From the NCBI GenBank assembly GCA_038087875.1, contig JAXLNO010000575.1, positions 124,001 to 188,000 of the forward strand: a stretch of DNA of 64,000 nucleotides, read 5' to 3'. Source of the DNA: Malacoraja senta (taxonomy: Eukaryota). Both the position numbers and the translations under genes were made by a program. The notes under the pieces are model-generated. The model was not told the origin of the DNA and searched no databases. It was given only the letters and a program-made list of their open reading frames with translations. Shown here one piece after another: positions 1 through 11,385 of the stretch (position 1 is its first letter; every line of letters begins with the position of its first letter).

Positions 1-1620
1 ACTTTGGATCATGCCAACCATGCTCTAGTTTTCATGGTTAGAGGCTTGATGGGGAAATGGAAGCAACCTGTAGGTTACTTTCTTTCACGGGACTGCACAA
101 TGGCTGACAAACTGCAAACATTACTCAATGAATGTTTACAGAAGGTCAAGGCTATTGGACTACAGCCTAAGGCCGTTGTTTGTGACCAAGGCCAAAGCAA
201 TATTCGACTGTACTCCAAATTGGGTGTGACAGAAGACCATCCTTTCTTCGTCCACGGGGGAACCAATATCTATTGCATGCATGACCCACCCCACTTGTTG
301 AAAAACACTCGCTCAAATTTGGAGAAATATGTTTTTGAGGTCAAGGGAGAGGATGGCAGAAAAAAACATATCAAATGGGCGCATATTTACACATTTTATG
401 AGCATGATTCACAGTTGCCCATTAGAAAAGCCCATAAATTAACCAGAGGCCATTTTGTTTTAAACAGCTTCTCTAAAATGAGAGTCAACAAGGCTGCGCA
501 GGTGCTTAGCCATTCGGTAGCAGCAGGCGTCTACACCTATGCAGCTCTTGGAAAGTTACCTGGGGAGGCTGTTTATACGGCAGAGTTCATTGAAATGGTT
601 GATGGACTGTTTGACTCATTTAACAGCAGGTTTTTCAAGGACCCCAAACTGTTAAGGAGGCCTATGTCAGAAAAGTCTGCGCATAAGTCATTCTTTGAAT
701 CATGCTTGACTGTACTCCGAAGCTTGACAGTGCTTGGAGCTAAAAATGTGTTGTTTGTCAAGGGATGGCGGCTTGCAATTTCTTGCATTTCACAGCTGTG
801 GCAGCACATAAAGGAAAGCACAGACGCCCGTTTTATGTTTACATCTCGGATCAATCAGGATGTTGTAGAGAATTTGTTCTCCACTATTCGGCGAAAGGGC
901 GGATTCAGAGAAAATCCATCAGCGAAGGAGTTTCGATGTGCTTTCCGGATGGTTATGGTGGCTGAACTGATAAAGCCATCTGTGAGTGCAAACTGTTCCC
1001 CCGACTCAGACAGATTTATCTTAACATTGCAAACACTAACAAAAAACAGAGTCAAGAAACCATCTCCATCTTTCTCCCATACCAATAAAACAAAACAGCA
1101 CAATGCAGTCTGCAGCATTCCACTAGATCTCCCTGAAGAGAATACACTAGCTTACATCGCAGGACACATCTGTCACAAAATCATCTCTTCACATGAACTG
1201 TCCTCAAAATGCCACACATGCAGAGAAGTTCTATTACGAACGGATGCCACTTTAGTAGATCCTGCACTCATATTCATCCATCACAAAGCATACGACACAT
1301 CAACGTCTGACTTTGGCTCATTGATGGTGCCTTCGGAATACTTTCTTGGGTTCTGTGAAGTGTGCGAGAAAGTGTTCCGCACAGAATTTGATGATGTTAA
1401 GATGACCAGGGATAACATTTCCCATCTAATAAACACAGCAATACATAACACACAGCAATACAAAGACATGAACTTGTGCTGCAATAGAGTCAAGATTAGA
1501 ATTGTAGCAATCTTTGTGAGTATACACATGCACTATGGACTCAAATTCAAGAATAGAAAAATGCATAACATGACTGTTAAAAGGAGTTGTAAAAAACTTC
1601 AAAAAGTGGAACATAAATAA
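1..1620 (+). CDS. P-element/THAP9-like DDE transposase, 5'-truncated by the window edge
   Basis: Uninterrupted 538-codon frame with P-transposase motifs ALVFMVRG..KWKQPVGYF, VVCDQG (catalytic D), DPPHLLKNTR, SKMRVNKAAQVLSHSVA and QDVVENLFSTIRRKGG (catalytic E). Stop TAA at 1618-1620. Confidence 0.9.
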   Translation, partial: TLDHANHALVFMVRGLMGKWKQPVGYFLSRDCTMADKLQTLLNECLQKVKAIGLQPKAVVCDQGQSNIRLYSKLGVTEDHPFFVHGGTNIYCMHDPPHLLKNTRSNLEKYVFEVKGEDGRKKHIKWAHIYTFYEHDSQLPIRKAHKLTRGHFVLNSFSKMRVNKAAQVLSHSVAAGVYTYAALGKLPGEAVYTAEFIEMVDGLFDSFNSRFFKDPKLLRRPMSEKSAHKSFFESCLTVLRSLTVLGAKNVLFVKGWRLAISCISQLWQHIKESTDARFMFTSRINQDVVENLFSTIRRKGGFRENPSAKEFRCAFRMVMVAELIKPSVSANCSPDSDRFILTLQTLTKNRVKKPSPSFSHTNKTKQHNAVCSIPLDLPEENTLAYIAGHICHKIISSHELSSKCHTCREVLLRTDATLVDPALIFIHHKAYDTSTSDFGSLMVPSEYFLGFCEVCEKVFRTEFDDVKMTRDNISHLINTAIHNTQQYKDMNLCCNRVKIRIVAIFVSIHMHYGLKFKNRKMHNMTVKRSCKKLQKVEHK

Positions 1621-1663
1621 AGTGCATAATTTTCAGACATTATTTATTTGAAGTTATACTATT

Positions 1664-2120
1664 GTTCAAGTTCGTTCAATTGAGTTTATTGTCATGTGTT
1701 CCTGATTGTACAATGAAATTCTTGCTTTGCTTCAGCACAACAGAACATAGTAGGCATTGACTACAAAACAGATCAGTGTGTCCATATACAATTATATAAA
1801 TTTATACACACATGAATAAATAAACTGATCAAGTGCAAATAACAGATAATGGGCTATTAATGTTCAGAGTTTTGTCCGAGCCAAGTTTAAAAGCCTGATG
1901 GCTGTGGGGAAGTAGCTAATCCTGAACCTGGTCGTTGCAGTCTTCAGGCTCCTGTACCTTCTACCTGAAGGCAGCAGGGAGATGAATGTGTGGCCAGGAT
2001 GGCATGGGTCCTTGATGATACTGCCAGCCTTTTTGAGGCAGCGACTGCGATAGATCCCCTCGATGGAAGGGAGGTCAGAGCCGATGGACTGGGCAGTGTT
2101 TACTACTTTTTGTAGTCTTT
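1664..2120 (-). mobile_element. Rex1/Babar LINE 3' fragment
   Basis: Encodes SIEGIYRSRCLKKAGSIIKDP..PSGRRYRSL, followed by the 3' UTR and a TTGAAC-type tail. Matches the copy at 50118-50822. Confidence 0.8.
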
Positions 2121-2174
2121 TTGCTGGTGTTGAGTGCCAGGTTATTGTGCTGGCACCATATGGACAGTTGCTCG

Positions 2175-2337
2175 ATATATATGGTAAACAGTTGTGGCCC
2201 CAACACCGAGCCTTGCGACACTCCACTCGCCGCTGCCTGCCATTCTGAAAAGGACCCGTTCACTCCTACTCTTTGCTTCCGGTCTGCCAACCAATTTTCT
2301 ATCCATGTCAACACCCTACCCCCAATACCATGTGCTC
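2175..2337 (-). mobile_element. CR1 LINE RT fragment
   Basis: Translates as [46 protein letters not shown]. Confidence 0.85.
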
Positions 2338-2359
2338 AAGATGGACCACTCCTGAGAAA

Positions 2360-2700
2360 AACAATCGGCAATGTAGGCAACCCGACTTGTCTTTCTTCAG
2401 GTTCCCCATTAAGGAGAAAAGGTAAGAAAACATTTATTACTTCTGTGGCATATTGAAAATTTTATTTAGCCTGTTCAATCTCTCACTGTAGTTAGATCAT
2501 TGATCTCAGATAGTCGAGTCCTCATGGCAACATCCTTTTCAAAATCTTCTCAAGAGCATTTTCTTTATATCTGTTATTTAATGCAGATTAAGAACATATT
2601 GACTGCATGATATTTTCTTTAATTTCAGATGTCGACAGGACATGATCTACACCGAACTGCGGAGTATTTGTCAAATAACTGCCGTCTTATGTACATTGTG
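2360..2700 (+). pseudogene. Degenerate two-exon THAP DNA-binding domain
   Basis: Exon piece NRQCRQPDLSFFRFPIKEK(R) ends at AG|GTAAG (2421/2422). After the acceptor TTTCAG (2628) comes A TGT CGA CAG, then a shifted HDLHRTAEYLSNNCRL. This resembles the THAP pattern FFRFP...R|C...DL...RLC. Confidence 0.55.
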
Positions 2701-3004
2701 TGAAATTGTGATTTGTTAACTGCACAAAACAATGCAAATGGCGATTTATTTATTATTGTATCTTCTTTGGATGTTTTGGTCTTTGGTGTAAGCAGGGGTG
2801 GGGCTATCATTGTGTTACATAGGTTGAATTGTACATTACTTTCACTGGTTAGCTGATATGCTTAACACTGCAACCCTGTATATCTCACGCACAGAATAAT
2901 GTTAATTATGTAAATCTTACCATGCATGTCAGAAATAAAGTGTTAAGCATGTTAATGGATCTCTATTATGAATCATTTAAAATTGAGTGGATTAGTGCAA
3001 TATC

Positions 3005-3455
3005 GGTTCCAGCCGTCAGTGACTGCACTGCCAGCCCACCAGCCGTCAGTGACAGAACTGCCAACCCACGAGCCGTGAGTAAGTGAACTGCCAGCCCACC
3101 AGCTGTAAGTGACTGAACTGCCAGGCCAATAATCCATTCAGTCCACCCTCTCCCCCTTCTCTCTCACAGAGTCTGTCACCTGTTTTGGGCAGAATTTCTG
3201 GCAGTTTCTCAGCTGCCAGCCTGCCAGGTCTGAGTGACTGTACTGCCAAGCCTCAGTGACTGAGCTGCCAGCCCAAGAATCCATTCGACCCACAAAGTCC
3301 CTTCGGCCCACAACACCCATACTAGCGCAACAGAAAGCCCCCCCACCCCCCCCCCCCCCCCGCACTGGCCAGCAATATTGGAATTGGTGGAGAGGTGGAA
3401 TATTGCATTGGGCGACCAGCCCTCCCGTGTGATGCTGGGACCCAACTTAGTCTAG
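3005..3455 (+). mobile_element. Non-autonomous Helitron 3' fragment
   Basis: Homologous to 29940-30661, including ~30-bp GTGACTGAACTGCCAGCCCACCAGC repeats. Ends GGGACCCAACTTAGT-CTAG|T with the hairpin partly deleted. Confidence 0.7.
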
Positions 3456-3873
3456 TTATTGTATATAAGTTGGAAATGTTGTCCTTTGTTTGAAATATGA
3501 TGAATTTGACATCACTTTTATTGATTAGCTGATATGGAAAACACTGCAACCCTGTATATGTCGCGCACAAAATGATGTAAATAAAAAGTGTTTTCCTTGT
3601 TTATGAAGTTCAATTTAGAATTATTTGAAATTGTGGGGGTTGGTGCAAAATACTGCTGACCCACGAATGTATCGTTATGAGACATTCAAGTTTTTAAAAT
3701 CCATGTCTCAAAAAAAGCAAGAAGGTCCCCATATTATTTGACCAACTTATCGACTGAATTTAAATATGTAGGGATGTATGTACTACATTGTGTTACGCTA
3801 ATATAGAATGAAAAAATGGAAAAATATTTTGACATTGTGTTCATGGATATTTTATTCACAATATTAGGATTTC

Positions 3874-4003
3874 ATATATTTTTTATATATATGTGTGTGT
3901 GTGTATATATATATGTGTATACATACAAATATATGTGTTTATATATGAATATACACACTTATTGTAATATATATTGTGATATATATATATATAGTGATAT
4001 ATA

Positions 4004-4055
<52 letters not shown>

Positions 4056-4090
4056 CACACACACAAATATATATATATACATACACACAG
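3874..4090. repeat. Compound (TA)n/(TG)n/(CA)n microsatellite
   Basis: Directly visible dinucleotide runs. Confidence 0.95.
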
Positions 4091-4249
4091 AGATTGAAAG
4101 AAAAAGGTTGCTAAACAAATTAGAGGAAATCTGAAGAAAGAAACTAGAGAAATATGTCAAGTCAAGTAAGCTTAAAACAGAGACCTTCAGGTAAGTTTCT
4201 TACTCTGAGGTAGTTTTTCATGTGTCTTTCTGTTCCAGGAAGGACAACG

Positions 4250-5440
4250 ATGGACAGGACCCATACCAAGTCCAAACGGGCCGCTAAGAAACTGGCTGAG
4301 GAGGACCGCGGAAGTACCAGGAGCCAGCAGCGGCCGACTGCAGCATCGCAATCTTTGCGATCAGCGGTCTCTGTCCCGGCACCTGTGCAGCCTGGGTCGC
4401 CACAGGCTGACAGGAACGCCAATAGATGGGACACGCTCATGGACTCCGATGTGTCGGGCCATGAGCAAACGCCGCCAGCAGACAGCGACAGTAGTCGCAT
4501 TACACGTCTGGAGCGGCTGGTGGAGCAATTGCTTCACTGTGACAAACTCCGTGAGCAGGAGTCAAGTCACTACGGGCTTCCGAGGAAGCCCATGGCAGTA
4601 CCTTTTTCAGGGCTGCACAATGTATCTCCCTCGACAGAGGGGAGCATTGGGAGTCATTTCTGGGCTGACTCCGAACAAGGGTTGGCTGAAGATACCTCTA
4701 GTATGCTGGGGGTGCCAGAAGAGAAGATACTGGGCATGGTGAAAAAGTTTGCGGTGCCTCCACAGTCAGGGCAGCCGCTGAAACAACAACTAGCAGCCAG
4801 CATTGACTACCTTTCAACCCATCAATTACAAGAACAGGCAGTTAATGAAACTACTGCAAAATACCTGGCACCAGTGAACTGTACTTCACTGAATGTCCCA
4901 GCAGTGAATCCCTCCATCTGGGGACATATTGGTGCAGGTATAAGGGCACAGGAGGTACAAATGCAGAAAATCCTTAAACTTTTAACAACATTTGCCCGGT
5001 CGGTGGATGACACGGAAATGACAGAGGCTCAGCAAGATACGCTGGCGATGCTCTGCAATACACAGTTCGAGATCAACTGTTTCCGTAAGAACTCCATCCG
5101 CCCAGCCTTGAACCCCGAATTTGCGGCTCTGTGCAAGACCAACACCACACCGCCGCCAATTTTGTTATTTGGGGGCAACCTGTCCAAACAGGTTAAAGAG
5201 CTGGATGAAGAGGCGAAAACCGCCGGGCTCATCAAGGCATCGGGCAAAATACCTCGGCGACAGCACCCCTATGCATCCACCAGCAGGGCCCGTCACGTCG
5301 AAGCTGGTGAAAGCTCGAAGGCCGCAGCTCAAGGACAAAGGTCTTTTTTAGACCGCGGCCCAGAGCGACCTTCGTGGAAGATGCGCCAACCCCGAATTAC
5401 AGCACCTCAATCGGCCAAGAAGCAGAAGAAAAAGAGATGA
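4250..5440 (+). CDS. DIRS ORF1 (gag-like)
   Basis: Open frame from ATG 4250 with PVNCTSLNVPAVNPSIW and LLFGGNLSKQVKE motifs, positioned 5' of RT. Its TGA overlaps the ORF2 ATG (ATGA 5437-5440). Confidence 0.75.
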   Translation: MDRTHTKSKRAAKKLAEEDRGSTRSQQRPTAASQSLRSAVSVPAPVQPGSPQADRNANRWDTLMDSDVSGHEQTPPADSDSSRITRLERLVEQLLHCDKLREQESSHYGLPRKPMAVPFSGLHNVSPSTEGSIGSHFWADSEQGLAEDTSSMLGVPEEKILGMVKKFAVPPQSGQPLKQQLAASIDYLSTHQLQEQAVNETTAKYLAPVNCTSLNVPAVNPSIWGHIGAGIRAQEVQMQKILKLLTTFARSVDDTEMTEAQQDTLAMLCNTQFEINCFRKNSIRPALNPEFAALCKTNTTPPPILLFGGNLSKQVKELDEEAKTAGLIKASGKIPRRQHPYASTSRARHVEAGESSKAAAQGQRSFLDRGPERPSWKMRQPRITAPQSAKKQKKKR

Positions 5441-7393
5441 ACACCCCACTGGTAACCATGGAGGTAGGTGGGTCTGGTTCCTCGCAGGACTTAGCGGGTG
5501 CAATGGGTACACTTGTTGGTGGTAGGTTACACTGGTTTAGTGAGGCATGGAGATCAATAACCTCTGATCCTTATATACTGCATAGTGTTCAAGGGTATGA
5601 AATTGAATTCGAAAACAAACGCCTTCCTCCGGTTCAGCATGCACCCATCAGATCATTTATTCTATCACAACAAGAGAAGTTGGATGGTCATGCTGAAATT
5701 AAGAGGCTTTATACTAAGGGTGTAATTGAGAGATCTCAACATGAGTCTCAAGAATTTGTGTCAAACATTTTCACAAAAAAGAAAAAAGATGGTGGATGTC
5801 GCATCATTATTGATTTAAGACAATTGAACACATTTGTGCAGTATACTCACTTCAAAATGGAAACCTTTGTCACGGCCAAACAATTGATTTCCGAAGGCTA
5901 CTTCATGGCATGCATCGATTTAAAAGATGCATACTATTCGGTGCCTATACACAAGGATCACCGCCGATATCTGAAGTTTAACTGGATGGGGCAGCTTTGG
6001 CAGTACAAAGCACTACCTAATGGGTTGACCTCAGCCCCCAGATTATTCACTAAATTACTGAAACCAGCTATGGCGGTTCTTCGGAAACAAAAACATATAG
6101 TCATGGCGTATTTAGATGACATACTAATCGTGGGTAAAACCTACGAATTAGCCAATTTAGCTGTTACAGCTACCATAGGTCTATTTGAGAAACTGGGGTT
6201 TATCATACATCCAGTTAAATCAAAGTTAACACCATCCACGACTATGGATTATTTGGGATTCACCATTAATTCAGTTCACATGACTGTGACTTTACCTAGG
6301 GGAAAGGCAACTGAATTAATGGAAGTTTGCAGCATCCTTGCTGTCATCAGTCAACCATCTATCAGACTAGTAGCAAGGGTATTTGGCAAAATCGTAGCTG
6401 CTTTTCCAGCGACACACTTTGGACCTTTGCACTATCAAAATTTACAGAGAGCAAAGGTGCGAGCACTTAAACATCATGCTGGTCATTTCGATAGACCAAT
6501 GCAATTACCAACAAAAGCTATTTTGGAACTGCGATGGTGGACACATAACATTCGGCATTCCTACAACTCCATTATTATTAGCAACCCGTCAGTTGTATTA
6601 CAGACTGATGCCAGCGCTCAAGGTTGGGGAGCCACCAACACCATCTCCAGTTGTGGGGGGCAGATGGGATGCGCATGAATCATCTTTGCTTTATACACTT
6701 GGTATAAATTATTTGGAAATGTTGAGAACATTCTATGGTTTGAAGGCATACTGTTCAAAAATGCATCATTTGCATGTTCGCCTACAAATAGATAATACCA
6801 CTGTGGTGGCTTATATTAATCACATGGGTGGAATCAGATCAATATCATGTGATGATCTGGCCAATTCAATCTGGCAATGGTGTATCCAGAGAAACATTTG
6901 GATATCTGCTATTTACCTACCAGGTAAACTTAATTCAGTGGCAGACACCAGGTCACGAAAATTTAATGACAACACTGAATGGATGTTGGACCCCAAAGTG
7001 TTTGCAGACATCATAGCAAGATATGGAACACCAGATATTGATCTATTTGCATCTAGGCTTAACCACCAGTTGCCGACATATGTTGCGTGGGAACCAGACC
7101 CTGGGGCAGCAGCGATGGACGTATTTTCGCTGCACTGGGGAAATTTGTTTTTCTATGCATTTCCCCCCTTCTGCCTCACCAGTTGGGTCTTACGCAAAAT
7201 ACAACAAGACTCTGCGTCAGGTATTTTGGTAGTACCCGACTGGCCTACCCAGCCATGGTTCCCTGTGGTTCTTGACATGGTTTCAGAACCATGTATGGCC
7301 GTCACTAAAAGACCAGACTTGATGGTCCATCCTGTAACTGGCGAAAGTCATCCATGCCATGACAGGACTAATCTGTTAATTTGCAGAATTTGA
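5437..7393 (+). pseudogene. DIRS ORF2: reverse transcriptase, RNase H and Dam-methyltransferase-like domain, one frameshift
   Basis: VGGRL..F...W, DLKDAYYSVPI, LPNGLTSAPRLFTK, YLDD and TDASAQGWGA. A frameshift in the G run at ~6655-6660 continues into INYLEM, DNTTVVAYINHMGG, DIDLFASRLN and YAFPPF. Confidence 0.9.
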
Positions 7394-8282
7394 ATAGGCC
7401 ACTTCTGGATCTTGGACTGACGGACCGAACCATCAACATGATCGCGGCGGCACAAAGAGAGTCTACCAGAAAACAGTACCTGACTTACATCAGGAAATGG
7501 GAATTGTTCCAGGACTAATGTTGAGTATAACTCAGCCACTGTAACTAATGTCCTGGAGTTCCTGGCTAACCTTCATTTGATGAAAGGCTTAGCTACAGTG
7601 CCATCAACAGCGCCAGGAGTGCCCTATCCACCTATTTGTGGCGGGGATTCGACCACCATTCACTGGGATCTCACCCCTTGGTTTCCAAACTAATGAGGGG
7701 TATATTTAACTCAAATCCTCCTAGGGCCAGATATTCTAACATTTGGGATGTAAGTATTGTGTTGACGTTGCTTCGGGGTTGGTCACCAGCAACGTCCCTG
7801 TCCCTGGAGAAACTTACCTTTAAATTGGTAATGCTGATGGCACTGGTCTCGGCCCAGCGGGTGCAATCGCTACACAATTTACGACTGGACTTGATGGCCA
7901 AAGGGACAAATGATATAACATTTTATATTCATGAACTGGTAAAACAAAACTGTTACTTTACATAGAACTAACAGCTAAAGTAAGAGGCCAAGAATTGGCA
8001 CTTTTAGTGAGCCACAAAAGACCTCACAACAGGGTATCGTCCCAAACTATATCTAGATGGCTTCGACAGGTTTTGGGGGCTGCAAGGGTGGATACTGATA
8101 TTTACAAATCTCATTCCACCAGGGCTGCAGCCACATCGGCAGCACGGCACATGGAGGTTCCAATGGATCACATCTTGGGTACGGCAGGATGGTCCAGGGA
8201 GAAGACCTTCCAAGAATTTTATAATAAGCCAGTTGCTAAGCCTGTGACTTTTGCAGATACTATTTTGAGTTCTGTTTTATAA
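7381..8282 (+). pseudogene. DIRS ORF3 tyrosine recombinase, disrupted
   Basis: AAQRESTRKQYLTYIRKW, HPLVSKLMRGIFN, KLVMLMALVSAQRVQSL, HSTRAAATS and GWSREKTFQEFYNKP, spread over several frames with an internal deletion near 7950. Confidence 0.85.
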
Positions 8283-8454
8283 TACGCCCCGAAGGACAGG
8301 GGTCATTATTATAATTTGTGTTAATAAATCACTTATTGTTTCTTTTAACAATTGATTCATGTCTGGATTTGTTAACATACTCCCTCCTCAAGTCTACGAC
8401 AGCAGGGTGTGAAGCATGGACTTGTTCCGTGGCATGAAATCACAGAGCTTTAAA

Positions 8455-8779
8455 ATCTTCACGTAGTCACTCAAGTGACTCCGAAGTAAAATAGTAAGAT
8501 TAAACGAGAAGTTACCAGTTTGAAGTTTGATCTTTATTTTATGAGTTACGTTGAGGGATTACGTGCCCTCCACGCCAACCCTCTATTATAAAGGTCAGCT
8601 GGTATTATTGTTCTTATCTTACTATGTTATTTCGACTACCGTATCTGTGATTTCACACCACTGCTTTGAAGATATGTTGCGCATGCGCCCTGGCGGGCTC
8701 TTCACGTAATCCCTCAATGTAACTCCTCATAAAATAAAGATCAAACTTCAAACTGGTAAGCTCGTTTAATCTTACTATT
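8455..8779 (+). repeat. DIRS internal complementary region and right terminal repeat
   Basis: 8490-8565 (AATAGTAAGATTAAACGAG...GGGATTACGTG) is the reverse complement of 8703-8779 with a few small indels. Confidence 0.85.
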
Positions 8780-11385
8780 ACATAGAACAACACTGACTGT
8801 TAACCCGTCTGTTGACTTATTTGGAACTTGTAGAAACCAATGATACAGTTACTCACACATCAACAGTAACCATTGCCAAGTAATTAAACTGTTAATCAAG
8901 CTGCAAGATGCAAGATAGCCAAGTCACAAGAAACTGCAGATGCTGATATGCTGATAAAACACTAAGTGCTGGAGGAACTCAGTGAGTCAGGCAGCATCTG
9001 GAGAGGAAAGAATGGTCATGACCCAAACCGTCACCTATCCATGTTCCCCACAGATGCTGCCTGACCCGCTGAGTTACTCCAGAACTTTGTGTCTACTGTT
9101 TCTACAAGCACCTTTATTCCTTGTATCAACATCTGTGGTTGGAATGGACAGACGACATTTCGGGTCGGGACCCTTCTTCAGATGTTAGTTAGTTAGTTAG
9201 TTTATTGTAACGTGTACTGAGGTACTGTGAAAAACGTTTTTGTTGCGTGCTATCCAGTCAGTGGAAAGACTACACATGATTACAATTAAGAGACAAATGT
9301 TTAGTCCAGCAAAGTCCAATTAAAGATAGCCTGAGGGTCTCCAATGAGGTAGATGGGAGGTCAGGACTGCTGTCTAGTTGGTGAGAGGACGGTTCAGTTG
9401 CCTGATAACAGCTGGGAAGAAACTGTCCCTGAATCTGGAGGTGTGCGTTTTCACACTTCTGTACCTCTTGCCCGATGGAAGAGGGGGGAAGAGGGAGTGA
9501 CCGGGGGTGAGACTGGTCCTTGATTATGCTGCTGGCCTTGCCGAGGCAGCGTGAGGTGTAGATGGAGTCGATGGAAGGGAGGTTGGTTTGTGTGACGGTC
9601 TGGGCTGCGTCCACAATTCTCTGCAATTTCTCGCGGTCTTGGATGGAGCTGTTCCCAAACCGTGTTGTGATGCAACCCGACGTGAGAGAGTTTAACGTAA
9701 ACGCGAGTGAATAAAAGACTTTACCTGCCAGTTGAAAGGACGCGATCGTCTCTACAAGACGCCAAGCCTCAGGAAGACAAAACCAACAGCGCTCAACGAG
9801 AACAATTCATTACGTTTTGGAGAGAGGGGAGAGGTGGAGGGTGAGTCTTCAAGTGAGAGAAAGCAGAAGTGTTTCAGCAAATGATGCTGCCTTTATCAAT
9901 TGTGTAATGAGGAAGGATTAGTTAGCAATCTTGTTGTGCAGAGCCCCTTGGGCAACAGTGACCATAATATGATGGAACTGCATTAGGATGGAGAGTGACC
10001 CGGTTAATTCAGAGATTAGAGTCCTGAACTTAAAGAAAGGAGACTTTGAAGGCATGAGACGGGAATTGGCTCGGATAGACTGGCAAATTATACTTAAAGG
10101 GTTGACGGTGGAGATGCAATGGCAAAGATTTAAAGATCGCATGGATGAACTCCAGAAATTGTCCATCCCTGTCTGGCGAAAAAATAAAACGGGGAAGGCA
10201 GCTCAACCGTGGCTGACGAGGGAAGTCAAGGATAGTGTTAAATCCAAGGAAGAGGCAGATACATTGGCCAGAGGAAGCAGCAAACCAGAGGACTGGGAGA
10301 AATTTCAAACTCAACAGAGGAGGACAAAGGGGTTAATCAAGAGGAAAAAAAGAGCATGAAAGAAAGTTTGCGGAGAATATAAAAACTGACTGTGAAAGCT
10401 TCATTAGATATGTAAAATGGAAAAGATTAGTGAAGACAAATGTAGGTCCCTTACAGACAGAGACAGGTGAATTTATAATGTGAAACAAGGAAATGGCAGA
10501 ACAGTTAAACGAGTACTTTGGTTCTGTCTTCACTAAGGAAGACACAAACAATCTCCCAGAAATACTAGGGAACCGAGGATCTAGTGGGAGGGAGGAACTG
10601 AAGGGAATCCACATTGGTCAGAAAATGGTGTTAGGTAAACAGTTGGGACTGAAGGCAGATAAATCCCCAGGGCCTGATGGTCTGCATCCCAGAGTACTCG
10701 AGGTGGCCCCAGAAATCGTGGATTCATTGGTGATCATTTTCCGATGTTCTCTCGACTCTGGATCAGTTCCTGTGGATTGGAGGGTAGCCAATGTAACTCC
10801 ACTTTTTAAGAGAGGAGGGAGAGAGAAAACAGGGAATTATAGACGAGTTAGCCTTACATATGTAGTGGGGAAGATGCTGGAGTCGATTATTAAAGATGTT
10901 ATAACAGCGCATTTGGAAAGCAATGACAGGATCGGACAAAGTCAGCATGGATTTATGATGGGGAAATCATGCTTGACTAATCTTCTGGAGTTTGTTGAGG
11001 ATGTAACAAGTAGAATGGATAAGGGAGAGCCAGTGGATGTGGTGTATCTGGACTTTCAAAAAGCCTTTGACAAGGTCCCACACAAGAGATTAGTGTGCAA
11101 AATTAGAGCATGATATTGTGGGTAGGGTATTGACATGGATAGAGAACTGGTTGGCAGACAGGAAGCAAAGAGTAGGAATTAATGCGTCCTTTTCAGAATG
11201 GAAGGCAGTGACTAGTGGAGTGCCGCAAGGCTCGGTGCTGGGACCCCAGTTGTTTACAATATACAGTATATTAACGATTTAGACGAGGGAATTAAATGTG
11301 ACGTCTCCAAGTTTGCGGATGAGACAAAGCTGGGTGGCAGTGTGAGCAGTGATGAGGATGCTATGAGTCTGCAGGGTGACTTGAG
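8775..11385. repeat. Segmental duplication block, with copies at 38580-39085 (inverted), 49292-51345 (direct) and 56245-57865 (inverted)
   Basis: Shared non-repeat sequence and shared repeat junctions. Examples: ACATAGAACAACACTGACTGTTAAC at 8780 and 49296, and the same CR1 5'-truncation point at ~9900 and ~57552. Confidence 0.9.
9900..11385 (+). mobile_element. CR1 LINE ORF2 fragment (degenerate)
   Basis: [54 protein letters not shown] and FADETKL, with in-frame stops. Confidence 0.9.

Larger units (their letters stand above)
4170..8779 (+). mobile_element. DIRS1-type tyrosine-recombinase retrotransposon, left terminal repeat not found
   Basis: gag-like ORF, RT/RNaseH/methyltransferase-like ORF and YR ORF, then an internal complementary region and right terminal repeat (inverted arms 8490-8565 and 8703-8779). 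Confidence 0.92.

Noticed and set aside
3816..4160. Tyr/Ile-rich ORFs (also Pro/His-rich ORFs at 33068-33565 and repeat ORFs at 28877-29526)
   Set aside because: Translations of microsatellite, low-complexity or minisatellite sequence.
4191..4238. GTAAGT...TTCCAG mini-intron before DIRS ORF1
   Set aside because: At 48 nt it is short for a vertebrate intron. The acceptor may be real but this donor pairing is unsupported.
7020..7280. Dam-like methyltransferase and phage-integrase-like motifs suggesting bacterial or phage DNA
   Set aside because: Standard domains of DIRS1 retrotransposons, embedded in vertebrate repeats.
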